From NCBI RefSeq assembly GCF_028368995.1, contig NZ_JAQNDL010000003.1, positions 1,440,001-1,504,000 of the forward strand: a stretch of 64,000 nt of DNA. The letters are read 5' to 3'. Shown piece by piece: positions 29,939 through 44,727 of the stretch. The notes below the pieces were generated by a model that saw nothing but the letters and a program-made list of their open reading frames with translations, was not told the origin of the DNA and searched no databases. A program made the translations under genes and the position numbers. Positions within the stretch are counted from its first letter, which is position 1. Every line of letters starts with the position of its first letter. The stretch comes from Nannocystis bainbridge. Lineage in GTDB: Bacteria; Myxococcota_A; Polyangia; Nannocystales; Nannocystaceae.

Positions 29939-30448
29939 ATGAAGCCCGGAATCCTCTCGATCCTCTGCCTCGTGAGCGCCGGCCTCGCGTGCAAGCCCGC
30001 GATCCCCGCCGAGCCCCCGCCCGAGCCCGCCACCGTCGCCGAGGACGAGCCCGCGCCCGCGCCGACCGCCGTCGTCGACCCCTCGGACGTGCACATCGAG
30101 GGCGACCACCTCGTCATCGACCGTCACATCAACTTCGCGTTCGACAAGAGCGAGATCCTCGCCGACTCCTTCGATTTGCTCGACCACGTCGCGCAGCTGC
30201 TGAAGAACCACCCGGAGATCGCCAAGCTCCACATCATCGGCCACACCGACAGCGCCGGCGGCGCCGACCACAATCAAAAGCTCTCCGACGCGCGCGCCAA
30301 GGCCGTCCTGGAGGCCCTGCGCAGCCGCGGCGCGACCCAGACGATGGACGCCGTCGGCAAGGGCGAATCGCAGCACCTGTGCAGCGAGGACACCGAGGAT
30401 TGCCATCAAAAGAACCGCCGCGTCGAGTTCTTGATCGAGGCCGGCTGA
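29939..30448 (+). CDS. OmpA-family lipoprotein
   Basis: Lipobox GLAC; INFAFDKSEI; GHTD; NQKLSDARA; NRRVEF. Confidence 0.9.
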   Translation: MKPGILSILCLVSAGLACKPAIPAEPPPEPATVAEDEPAPAPTAVVDPSDVHIEGDHLVIDRHINFAFDKSEILADSFDLLDHVAQLLKNHPEIAKLHIIGHTDSAGGADHNQKLSDARAKAVLEALRSRGATQTMDAVGKGESQHLCSEDTEDCHQKNRRVEFLIEAG

Positions 30449-30458
30449 GCGCGCCCGG

Positions 30459-31343
30459 TTAATCGAGCGCGTCCTCGGCGACCTCGTCGAGCCAGTCGAC
30501 CACCGCGCGGATCTTCGGCACCTCGGCCAGCGCCTCCGGCACCACGCGCCACAGCGCGCGCTCCATCGGCGGCGCGTCGCGGTCGAGGCGGACCAGCTCC
30601 GGGTGACTCTCGGCCGCGGCCATTGTCATCACCCCGAGCCCGACCCCCGCGCGCACCAGCGCGTACGAGGTCGGCACGCTGCCGGTCGCCGCCGCCACCC
30701 GCCCGTGCGGCACCAGGGCCCGCATCCATCGCATCTCCGCCAGCCGGCTGTCGGGCGGCCCGAGGATCACCAGCTCGGCCTCGGCCGCCGGCGGCAGCGG
30801 GTCGAGCCCGTGGCGCTCGACGTAGCTGCGCAGCCCGTACAGCCCGAGCGACACCTGGGCCAGCCGCCGCACCCGCACCCCCGCCTCGGTCGGCCGCACC
30901 ACCCGCACCGCGACGTCGGCCTGCCCCGCCGCCAGGTCGAGCACCTGCTCGGTGCAGCGCAGGTCGAGCACCAGCTCCGGGTGCCGCTCGCGCAGCAGCG
31001 GCAGCTTCGGCGCCAAAAACGACGAGGCGATGTAGTCGAGCGTCGTCAGCCGCACCGTGCCGACGGCCCGCTCGGACGCGGCCTCGAGGTCGCGGGCGAG
31101 CTCGCGCACCTCGGTGGCCATGCGCCCGGCCGCGTCGACGACCCGCCGCCCCGCCTCGGTCAGCCGCCAGCCCTCGGCGTCGCGCACGAACAGGGCGGCC
31201 CCGACAGCGGCCTCGAGCGCGGAGATCCGGCGACTGATGGTCGTGGGATCGAGCCTCAGCGCCCGCCCGGCCTCGCCGAGCGAGACGTGCCGCGCGAGCG
31301 CGAGGGCGATCCGGAGGTCGCGCCAGTCGAGGAGGTGCTGCAT
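30459..31343 (-). CDS. LysR-family transcriptional regulator
   Basis: WRDLRIALAL...TTISRRISALEAAVGAALFVR HTH; GTVRLT; ADVAVR. Confidence 0.92.
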   Translation of the reverse strand: MQHLLDWRDLRIALALARHVSLGEAGRALRLDPTTISRRISALEAAVGAALFVRDAEGWRLTEAGRRVVDAAGRMATEVRELARDLEAASERAVGTVRLTTLDYIASSFLAPKLPLLRERHPELVLDLRCTEQVLDLAAGQADVAVRVVRPTEAGVRVRRLAQVSLGLYGLRSYVERHGLDPLPPAAEAELVILGPPDSRLAEMRWMRALVPHGRVAAATGSVPTSYALVRAGVGLGVMTMAAAESHPELVRLDRDAPPMERALWRVVPEALAEVPKIRAVVDWLDEVAEDALD

Positions 31344-31423
31344 GGATGCAGTTCGGGACTGCATGATACTGCGTTGGCGCAGCCGCCGGTAGCCCGTACG
31401 GTTCACGGGCCTCGGAGGTCCCC

Positions 31424-32338
31424 ATGCCGTCGGAAGACATCACCCTCAAAGCGCTCGACGGGCGCCCGCTCGCCGCCACCCTCCACGCCCCGCGCGAGGC
31501 CCCGCAGGCGGTTTTGGTCGTGCTCGGCGCCCTCGGCGTCCCGCGCCGCTACTACGCCGCCCTGGCCGCCTGGCTGGCCGAGCGCGAGGTCGCGGTCCTG
31601 ACCCTCGACTACCGCGGCGTCGGCGGCTCGCGCTCGGTCCCGCTGCGCCAGGACCCGGCGGTGCTGCTCGACTGGGCCCGCCTCGACGCCGCCGCCGCGA
31701 TCGACCTCGCGCGCGAGCGCTTCCCCGGGCTGCCGGTCTGGGGCCTCGGCCACAGCTTCGGCGGCCAGGCGTTCGGCCTCACGGCCCGCGCGCTCGACCT
31801 GGCCGGCATCTTCGTGGTCGCCGCCGGCTCGGGCGACATGTCGCTGTATCCGAGCGGCCAGCGCCAGAGCTTCAAGGTCCGCCTCGGCCTCGCCACCAAC
31901 GTCATCGCCGCCCTGTTCGGCTACGTGCCCGGCCGCCTCGGCCTCGGCGAGGACCTGCCCGCCGGCGTCGTCCGCCAGTGGGCCCGCTGGTGCGAAACCC
32001 CCGATTACGCCCGCGGCGCCCTCGGCACCGAGTCGACCTTCTATCACCGCATCGCCGCGCCGATGTGGTTCTACGAATTCACCGACGACAGCTACGCCCC
32101 CGCCCGCGCCGCCGCGGCCCTGCGTGGCTGGTACAGCCGCGCGGACTCCCACCATCGCGCGATCTCCCCCGCCGACCTCGGCCTGCGCCGCGTCGGCCAC
32201 TTCGGCCCGTTCCGCCCCGGCCCGCCCGAGCGCCTGTGGGACGAATGGCTCGGCGTGATCACCGGCGAGGCCCGCCCGGTGCTGTCGACCGACGATTACA
32301 AGGACTCCGCGGCAGCCCGCGCGACCCCGAACGCGTGA
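31424..32338 (+). CDS. Alpha/beta hydrolase
   Basis: DYRGVGGS; GHSFGGQ nucleophile elbow; VGHFGPF; divergent from LysR. Confidence 0.88.
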   Translation: MPSEDITLKALDGRPLAATLHAPREAPQAVLVVLGALGVPRRYYAALAAWLAEREVAVLTLDYRGVGGSRSVPLRQDPAVLLDWARLDAAAAIDLARERFPGLPVWGLGHSFGGQAFGLTARALDLAGIFVVAAGSGDMSLYPSGQRQSFKVRLGLATNVIAALFGYVPGRLGLGEDLPAGVVRQWARWCETPDYARGALGTESTFYHRIAAPMWFYEFTDDSYAPARAAAALRGWYSRADSHHRAISPADLGLRRVGHFGPFRPGPPERLWDEWLGVITGEARPVLSTDDYKDSAAARATPNA

Positions 32339-32346
32339 TCGCCAGC

Positions 32347-32577
32347 GGTCCCTCGGGACATGTCCGTTCGCGCATGTCCTGAAGACCCTCGAGAGACGGA
32401 CCGCCACCGCATCGATCCGCCTCGGGACATGTCCGTTCGCGCATGTCCTGAAGACCCTCGAGAGACGGACCGCCGCGTCGTTTCACATGTCCCGAAGGAC
32501 ATCGACTTCGCCGCCGATCTCCGCGTGACCCGGCCGCTTTCCTCGCGCACCGCGATCACGACATGTCCTTCGAGACA
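32347..32577. repeat. 55-bp direct repeat x2 (period 69) plus 14-bp palindrome units
   Basis: cctcgggacatgtccgttcgcgcatgtcctgaagaccctcgagagacggaccgcc at 32351 and 32420; palindromes at 32488 and 32564. Confidence 0.88.
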
Positions 32578-32734
32578 TCCCGCTGCCGCCCGTCGCCGCG
32601 CGTGAGCCGGTGCGGGGCCGCGGGGCCGCGGCCCGCCCTGGCCCGTCCAGCCGCGAATCAGGCCCCTGCGGCCCGCCCATGCGGACGCCCGCGCCCTCGC
32701 GGCCGCCTCGCAACTCGACTACGATGGCCGGGCG

Positions 32735-33325
32735 ATGGACACCCACCGCTTGCGCAACCTGACCTTCCTGATGTCGCTCGGCGGCCTCTCGGCCGCGTGC
32801 TTCAGCGACAACGGCCCGCACGAGGGCGCCAGCGGGCCGGGTGACACCACCGGCGGCACCACCAGCGACCCCGGCACCACCGGCGACCCCGGCACCACCG
32901 GCGACCCCGACACCACCACCACGACCTCCGGCGCCGACGAGACCACCGGCACCACCGCGCCCGCGACCGCCACCACCGGGCCCGACACCACCACCGACGC
33001 CGCCACCACCGACCTCGAGACCACCTCGACCACGGATCCCGGGCCCGACACCGTCGTGTGCATGCAATACGTCGCCACGTACATCGGCTGCTACCCGCGG
33101 CTGGTCCAGTACCTCGACGCGATGGTCACGGACTGCGAGATGGTCATCACCCAGGGCCACGAGATCGACGGCCCCATGTGCAGCGACACGTACGCGGAGC
33201 TCTACGCCTGCCTGGGGGCGCTCGACTGCCAGCAGCTCGCGTTCGAGTTCGAACACTCGTTCCACTGCGCGATCCAGCGCGAGCTGATCGACCAGTTCTG
33301 CCCGGAGACCGGCAAGGACTTCTGA
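32735..33325 (+). CDS. Thr-rich linker lipoprotein with Cys-rich C-terminal domain
   Basis: Lipobox LSAAC; DPGTTG repeats; 8 Cys in C-terminal domain. Confidence 0.75.
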   Translation: MDTHRLRNLTFLMSLGGLSAACFSDNGPHEGASGPGDTTGGTTSDPGTTGDPGTTGDPDTTTTTSGADETTGTTAPATATTGPDTTTDAATTDLETTSTTDPGPDTVVCMQYVATYIGCYPRLVQYLDAMVTDCEMVITQGHEIDGPMCSDTYAELYACLGALDCQQLAFEFEHSFHCAIQRELIDQFCPETGKDF

Positions 33326-33335
33326 GGCGCCACCC

Positions 33336-34181
33336 ATGCTGTTCGTCTCCGGCACCAAGCGCAGCGGCACCTCGATGTGGATGCAGGTCCTGCGGGCCGC
33401 CGGCTTCCCGGTGCTCGGCGAGGCCTTTCCGCGCGGCTTCACCGAGGCGCTCCACCAGGCCAACCCGGCCGGCTTCTTCGAGTCGATCCTCCGCCACGGG
33501 GTCTACTTCCGCACCAACCCCCACCCGGTCACCGGCGAGTACTTCCTGCCCGAGCAGGTCGAGGGCTACGTCGTCAAGGTGTTCGTGCCCGGCGTCATCC
33601 GCAGCGAGCGCGCCTACATCAGCCATCTCGTCGCCAACGTCCGCGAGTGGCGCGAGTACGAGGCCTCGGTCCTGCGCCTCTACCAGCTCGAGCGCGACGG
33701 CATGGCCGCGGCCGGCCAACCTGTCCCCGAGGACAGCGTCTACTTCCCGCCGGCCTACGAGTGGTGGATGGAGAACTTCGCCCTGGTCCGCGACATCAGC
33801 CTGCGCCGCTACCCGGCCCGCCTGATGACCTACGACCAGGTCCTCGACGACCCGGTCGGCACCCTCACCGGCGTGCTCGCCTGGCTCGGCCGCGGCGACC
33901 TGGCCGCGGCCCTGCCGACCATCCAGCCGGCCTATCGCACCCAGACCCGCCCGAGCTCCGACAGCGTCCCGCCCGCGCTGGCCCGCGTGTTCGACGACCT
34001 CTACGCCGGCGTCGCCGCCCAAAAACCATTCCCCGAGTCGCTGCTGCGCGACCTCAACGCGACCAACCGCGCGCTGCTGCCCGAGCTGACGGAGATCCAG
34101 CACCGCGTAGCCGTGGCCCAGTCGCGCTCGCCAAAAGGCCCGGCGCCGACCCGCCCCGCCGGCCTGCCCGACCTCGATTGA
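33336..34181 (+). CDS. Sulfotransferase-like P-loop protein
   Basis: N-terminal SGTKRSGTS; NPAGFFE; TYDQVLDDP. Confidence 0.65.
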   Translation: MLFVSGTKRSGTSMWMQVLRAAGFPVLGEAFPRGFTEALHQANPAGFFESILRHGVYFRTNPHPVTGEYFLPEQVEGYVVKVFVPGVIRSERAYISHLVANVREWREYEASVLRLYQLERDGMAAAGQPVPEDSVYFPPAYEWWMENFALVRDISLRRYPARLMTYDQVLDDPVGTLTGVLAWLGRGDLAAALPTIQPAYRTQTRPSSDSVPPALARVFDDLYAGVAAQKPFPESLLRDLNATNRALLPELTEIQHRVAVAQSRSPKGPAPTRPAGLPDLD

Positions 34182-34185
34182 TACA

Positions 34186-34255
34186 TGGCCGATCCGACAT
34201 GTCCATTTCGACATGTCGTCTTGACCATGCCCTTGAGGACATGTCCGTTCCGCCA
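34186..34255. repeat. 14-bp-phased array (5 units)
   Basis: tggccgatccgaca|tgtccatttcgaca|tgtcgtcttgacca|tgcccttgaggaca|tgtccgttccgcca. Confidence 0.85.
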
Positions 34256-34369
34256 CCTCGGCGACGCCCTCCGCCCGCGCGCCGGTGATGCTCGCCTTCG
34301 CGCATGTCTGCGCGCGGTCGAGGCCGGTTGCGGCCGCGCGCGACGGCGGTCAAGCTCGGTCCACCCTCG

Positions 34370-35176
34370 ATGTCCGCGCTGAAGCTCGCCACCTACAACA
34401 TCAACGGCATCCGCTCGCGCCTGCCGATCTTGCTGCAATGGCTGGCCAAAGAGCAGCCGGACATCGTGTGCCTGCAGGAGCTCAAGGCGGTCGACGCCGA
34501 CTTCCCGGTCGCCGAGCTGCGCAAGGCCGGCTACGGCGCCCTGTGGCACGGCCAGCGCTCGTGGAACGGCGTGGCGATCCTGGCGCGCGACGGCATGCCG
34601 CTCGAGAGCCGCCGCGGCCTGCCCGGCGACCCCGACGACACCCAGAGCCGCTACCTCGAGGCCGCCGTGCACGGCGTGCTCGTCGGCTGCCTCTACCTGC
34701 CCAACGGCAACCCGCAGCCGGGCCCCAAGTTCGACTACAAGCTGGCCTGGTTCGACCGCCTGATCGCCCACGCCGCCACCCTCTGCAACGCCGGCATCCC
34801 CGCCGTGCTCGCCGGGGACTTCAACGTCGTGCCGACCGACGCCGACATCTACAACCCCAAGTCGTGGCGCAAGGACGCCCTGCTGCAGCCCGAGAGCCGG
34901 GCCCGCTACGACCGCCTGCTGGCGCAGGGCTGGCTCGACAGCCTGCGCCACCTCCACCCCGACCAGCCGATGTACACGTTCTGGGACTACTTCCGCCAGC
35001 ACTGGCAGCGCGACGCCGGCCTCCGCATCGACCACCTGCTCCTCAACGCCGAGCTCGCCCCGCGCCTCCAGACCGCCGGCGTCGACCGCTGGGTCCGCGA
35101 CCTCGAGAGCACCAGCGACCACGCGCCGACGTGGATCACCTTCACCGGCTACGCGGTGCCCGCCGACGACGACTGA
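34370..35176 (+). CDS. xth: Exodeoxyribonuclease III
   Basis: TYNINGIR; CLQELK; YLPNGN; GDFNV; GLRIDH; SDHAP. Confidence 0.95.
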   Translation: MSALKLATYNINGIRSRLPILLQWLAKEQPDIVCLQELKAVDADFPVAELRKAGYGALWHGQRSWNGVAILARDGMPLESRRGLPGDPDDTQSRYLEAAVHGVLVGCLYLPNGNPQPGPKFDYKLAWFDRLIAHAATLCNAGIPAVLAGDFNVVPTDADIYNPKSWRKDALLQPESRARYDRLLAQGWLDSLRHLHPDQPMYTFWDYFRQHWQRDAGLRIDHLLLNAELAPRLQTAGVDRWVRDLESTSDHAPTWITFTGYAVPADDD

Positions 35177-35246
35177 GCGGCCGCCCGCGAGGCGCTCCGC
35201 CACGTCCGTCAGCGACGCGCGCGCTCCGGCGCGGAGCGGCTTCACG

Positions 35247-35316
35247 TGTACGAGAGAACATGTCGTATTCGACATGACCTCAGGGACATGTCCTCATGGC
35301 CATATCCCTGAAGTCA
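35247..35316. repeat. 14-bp-phased array (5 units)
   Basis: tgtacgagagaaca|tgtcgtattcgaca|tgacctcagggaca|tgtcctcatggcca|tatccctgaagtca. Confidence 0.85.
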
Positions 35317-35358
35317 CCCGCCGGATTCGCCGCCGCGGCCGGCGGCGCCCGCGTCACC

Positions 35359-35739
35359 TCAGGGGACCACAGGAGGAGGCGGGGGGTTCGACGGGGGCGG
35401 CTGCGCCGCGTCGCTCCGGGCGATGTTGGCGATCCAGCCCTGGGCCGTGCGGATATAGACGACGCGCTGCTCGCAGCCCGAAACGCCGACCTGGGTGGCC
35501 CAATCATCGAAGAACATGCCGTTGCCGCCGACGGCGAGGACGGTGAGCGCGAGCTTCTCGGCGGGGCAGTTGAGGTCGAAGCTGGCTCGCTGGGCGATGG
35601 CTTGCCGGTCCTGTAACCACGGGTCAGGGTTGAGGGTAAAGCCGTCGACAGCCATGGTCGGGTCGGGGCTGTGGCGACAACCACCGAGGAGGGCGAGCGC
35701 CAGCGGGACGAAAAGGAGCGGACGAGGTAGGTGCATCAT
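35359..35739 (-). CDS. Hypothetical lipoprotein
   Basis: Lipobox LLGGC; RASFDLNC...GVSGC. Confidence 0.65.
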   Translation of the reverse strand: MMHLPRPLLFVPLALALLGGCRHSPDPTMAVDGFTLNPDPWLQDRQAIAQRASFDLNCPAEKLALTVLAVGGNGMFFDDWATQVGVSGCEQRVVYIRTAQGWIANIARSDAAQPPPSNPPPPPVVP

Positions 35740-36008
35740 TGTCTCCGAGAGCAGCGGTCTGACGAGAAGGGACACCCGCGGACGTTCACGGCCGCGAAGG
35801 CCGACCCCGAAGATGTCCGATGAGGCAGCTTGGATTCTGGCACCCGGCCTCGCTCGCCGACCCTGCGCAAGGAATGATGAAGCTCACGCGTCGCGCGGCT
35901 GGGAGCCGAAATCGGATGCTGTGAAAGACATGTCTTGGCGGGTAGGAGGCGCTCGCCGGGACAACGAGCGCCGAGGGACACCGACGACCCAACCCCGCGG
36001 CAGCCGCG

Positions 36009-40094
<4,086 letters not shown>

Positions 40095-40373
40095 TCTTCT
40101 CGAGTGGGCTCGCCGTGTGCGCGGCAGGTGAACCCGTCCCCTTAGCACGCAGGGCTCACCTGGCGCAATCGAGGGACCCGCCCACGATCGAGAGTAGCCC
40201 GAGGAACAGCGTCCTTCACCTCGGCGGACCGCCCGCGCGCAAAGTCAGCGGTAGGTCCTCGGAGCGCACCCTCCGGGCCGCCATCAACCCGGGTCGACCG
40301 TATCGCGCCGCGCATCGCCGCTGCTCCTCAGGCCGCTCGGTTCACCCAGCGGAGGCGGCCGCTCGCCCGGGCC

Positions 40374-41834
<1,461 letters not shown>

Positions 41835-41838
41835 GGTC

Positions 41839-41933
41839 CGGTCATTGTGACCGAACGCGAGCGGTCAAACCGACCGAAGTCCTGCGCGCCCCCCGGGCAA
41901 GTCGTTGAAATCAGTGCCGGCACGCGACCTGCG
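41839..41933 (+). promoter_or_regulatory. Putative sigma54 -24/-12 promoter for P450 with upstream inverted repeats
   Basis: ccGG-cacgcgacct-GCg at 41917-41933 (GG-N10-GC); tgaccg-N8-cggtca at 41848-41867. Confidence 0.6.
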
Positions 41934-41945
41934 AAGGGGCGGCGC

Positions 41946-43130
41946 ATGCGAACCAGCATCGACATCCTCGCCCCCGAATTCCGCGCCGACCCCTACCCCC
42001 ATTACGCCGTCTTGCGACGCGACGCCCCCGTGTGCCTGGCCGAGCCTGCTGGCGTGTGGCTCGTCAGTCGGCACGACGAGGTCATGACCGTGCTCCGCGA
42101 CCCCGCGCGGTTCTCCTCGCAGGGCTTTCGCGCCGTGTGGGAGCCGCCGTGGCTCGACTACAACCCGCTCGCGCGCTCGATCCTGGCGATGGACGCCCCG
42201 GGCCACACCCGCCTGCGCGCGCTCGCCAGCCGCTCGCTCGGCCCGCGCGCCGTCGCCCACCTGGGGCCCGCCATCCACGCTCGCGCCGACCAACTGCTCG
42301 CCGGGCTCGCAGGTGAAGTCGACCTCGTCAGCGCCTACGCCGCCCCGCTGCCGGCCTTCGTCATCGCCACCCTGCTCGGCCTCGACGAGGCCCTCGGCGA
42401 CCGTTTCAAGCGCTGGGCCGACGACTTTTTATCCGTCACCCCCGAGCCCCTCGACGCCGCCCACGCCGCCCGGGTGCGGGCCACCATCGCCGAGAGCTCC
42501 GCCTACCTCACCGCCGTGATCGCCGATCGCCGACGCGCCCCGATCGACGACACCGTCAGCGAATTGGTGAGCGCCGAGCTCGACGGCCAGCGCCTCGGCG
42601 ACGCCGAGATCCTCGAATTCATGATCGCCATCCTGCTCGGCGGCCTCGAGACCACCACCCACCTGATCGCCACCTCGGCCCTGTTCCTCGCCGCTCGCCC
42701 CGACCTGTGGTCGCGCCTGCGGGGCGAGCCCGCGCTGGTCCCCGCGTTCGTCGAGGAGATGCTGCGCTTCGACGGCCCCAGCCAATCGCTGCCCCGCTTC
42801 ACCACCTGCGACCTCACCCTCGCCGGTGTCGACATTCCCGCTCGCTCGCTGGTGCTCGCATTGGTCGGCGCTGCCGGCCGCGACGAGCGGCGCTTCGCCG
42901 ACCCCGACCGCTTCGACCTCGACCGCCGCAGCGCCGGCGCCCTGAACTTCGGCCACGGCGTTCACTTCTGCCTCGGCGCCGCCCTCGCCCGCATGGAGGC
43001 CCAGATCGCCGTCTCCGCCCTCCTCCAGCGCTTCGCCCGGATCGATCGGCTGCCCGGCCCGATCGCCTGCAACCGCACCATGACCGTGCGCGGCCCCGTC
43101 TCCGCCCCCCTGCGCCTCCACCCCGCCTGA
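41946..43130 (+). CDS. Cytochrome P450
   Basis: HTRLR; GGLETT; EEMLR; FGHGVHFCLG. Confidence 0.95.
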   Translation: MRTSIDILAPEFRADPYPHYAVLRRDAPVCLAEPAGVWLVSRHDEVMTVLRDPARFSSQGFRAVWEPPWLDYNPLARSILAMDAPGHTRLRALASRSLGPRAVAHLGPAIHARADQLLAGLAGEVDLVSAYAAPLPAFVIATLLGLDEALGDRFKRWADDFLSVTPEPLDAAHAARVRATIAESSAYLTAVIADRRRAPIDDTVSELVSAELDGQRLGDAEILEFMIAILLGGLETTTHLIATSALFLAARPDLWSRLRGEPALVPAFVEEMLRFDGPSQSLPRFTTCDLTLAGVDIPARSLVLALVGAAGRDERRFADPDRFDLDRRSAGALNFGHGVHFCLGAALARMEAQIAVSALLQRFARIDRLPGPIACNRTMTVRGPVSAPLRLHPA

Positions 43131-43179
43131 TCGCCCGGGACGCGAATGCTCCGTGTCGCCGACCCTTCGCTCCGCTCTC

Positions 43180-44073
43180 TCACCACGGCAGCCCGGTCAG
43201 CTCGCCGTCGCGGCCGATCACCCGGTACGTCGTCGCCGCGGCCGCCGTCATCACCACCGCGTTGCCTGACAGCAACAACACATCGTGAAGGCGTTCGCCG
43301 CCCTCGGGCGCCCCGAGCGTCATCGTCAGCCCCAGCCACGCGATCAGGCGCACGAACGGGTACGCCATCGCCAGCCCGAGCAGCTGGCGACGGCCGACCT
43401 CGTCCGAATCGGCCAGCGCCGCCATGACCCCGATCAGCGCCGACGCCACGAAGTTGCGGGTCGGCCCGCCGAAATCCACGTCGATCATCGGCCCGCCGAC
43501 CAGCGCCCCCGTCAGCGCCGCCGACAGCAGCGTCAGCACCAGCGCGAGCGCCAGCACCCGCAGCGCCTGCAGCATCAGCGCGCGCCGCCGCGCCGCCACC
43601 CCCAGCGCCGCGCTCAGCACCAGCGGCGAAAACGGCGTGAAGATCAGCGCCCCCACGGCCAGCAGCGTATCCGCCTTGAGCATCGCGTAGGCCAACAGCG
43701 CCGCCGACACGCACGTGCGCGCCACCAGGCTGGCCGTCACGTGGCAATGGCGCCACAGATCGTGATGCACGTCGGTGAGCGGCACCCCCGCGGGCACCGT
43801 CACGCGCTGCGCCGACTCCTCGTCGACCAGCGCCAGCACCTCGTGGGCCGAGAACCGAACCGTGCGACGGTCGAACAGCGGCGAGCACAGCAGGGCGCGC
43901 AGGAACTCGCGGATCTTCGGCGTCGACGACTTCACCGTCATCTCCTCCGCCGGCTCCTCGCGGCCCAGAACCCGCACCTCGTGCACGCTCGCCTCGGCGA
44001 TCCCCGCCGCGCGTGCCAGCGTGAACACGGCCTCCGCAGCGCCGGGCGGCAGGGTCAGACGGATCTCCCGCAT
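43180..44073 (-). CDS. DUF389-like multi-pass membrane protein
   Basis: Several TM helices; VGALIFTPFSPLV. Confidence 0.55.
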   Translation of the reverse strand: MREIRLTLPPGAAEAVFTLARAAGIAEASVHEVRVLGREEPAEEMTVKSSTPKIREFLRALLCSPLFDRRTVRFSAHEVLALVDEESAQRVTVPAGVPLTDVHHDLWRHCHVTASLVARTCVSAALLAYAMLKADTLLAVGALIFTPFSPLVLSAALGVAARRRALMLQALRVLALALVLTLLSAALTGALVGGPMIDVDFGGPTRNFVASALIGVMAALADSDEVGRRQLLGLAMAYPFVRLIAWLGLTMTLGAPEGGERLHDVLLLSGNAVVMTAAAATTYRVIGRDGELTGLPW

Positions 44074-44187
44074 CCCGGGCCAGGATGGCGCAGCCGCTCC
44101 GGACCGCCAGCCCGCCCGCCCAGCGCCCCCGCGGCCGCGCCTCGCCGCGACCGCCGTCAAACGGCGCAGGCCTCGCCACCCCGACCA

Positions 44188-44554
44188 CATGTCCCAGAGG
44201 ACATCTCACGGCCGCCGCCCCCGCCGCCCCGTCATATGTCCAGAAGGACATCTCACGCCCGCCGCCCGCGTCGCACTAAACATGTCCAAAAGGACATATC
44301 TCGACTCGCCACCCCGCGCCGCCCCTGAACATGTCCAAAAGGAAATCGCAGCTCGCCGCCCATGAACATGTCCCAAAGGACATGCAACGACTCGCCGCCC
44401 CGCATCGCGCTAAACATGTCTAGAAAGGACATATCACGGCTCGCCGCCCCGCGTCACCCCTAAACATGTCCAAAAGGACATATCATGGCTCACCGCCCGC
44501 GCCGTGCACCGGCCTCCCTCGCGCCTCGCCCATCCACATGTCTCGCTAGACATC
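44188..44554. repeat. Long-period (about 47 bp) degenerate tandem repeat, 8 units each with ACATGTCCAAAAGGACAT-like core
   Basis: Cores at 44190, 44237, 44283, 44332, 44369, 44417, 44467, 44539. Confidence 0.9.
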
Positions 44555-44727
44555 CCATCGCTCACGAACGAAATCGCCGACCCCGCGGCTCGCTCGTCCG
44601 CCCGCCATCCCCGCACGAATGCGAAGAGTCCGCCGCGCCGATTCGGCGCGTTATTGCCCGAGCGCAGCATGCGCAGCTTGGACCCACGAATCAACCTCGT
44701 TACCCTGCCCCTCGCGCGACCTCTCGC

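Noticed and set aside
44188-44554. CRISPR array
   Set aside because: Repeats are short and degenerate, spacers resemble each other and vary widely in length, and no cas genes are in the window
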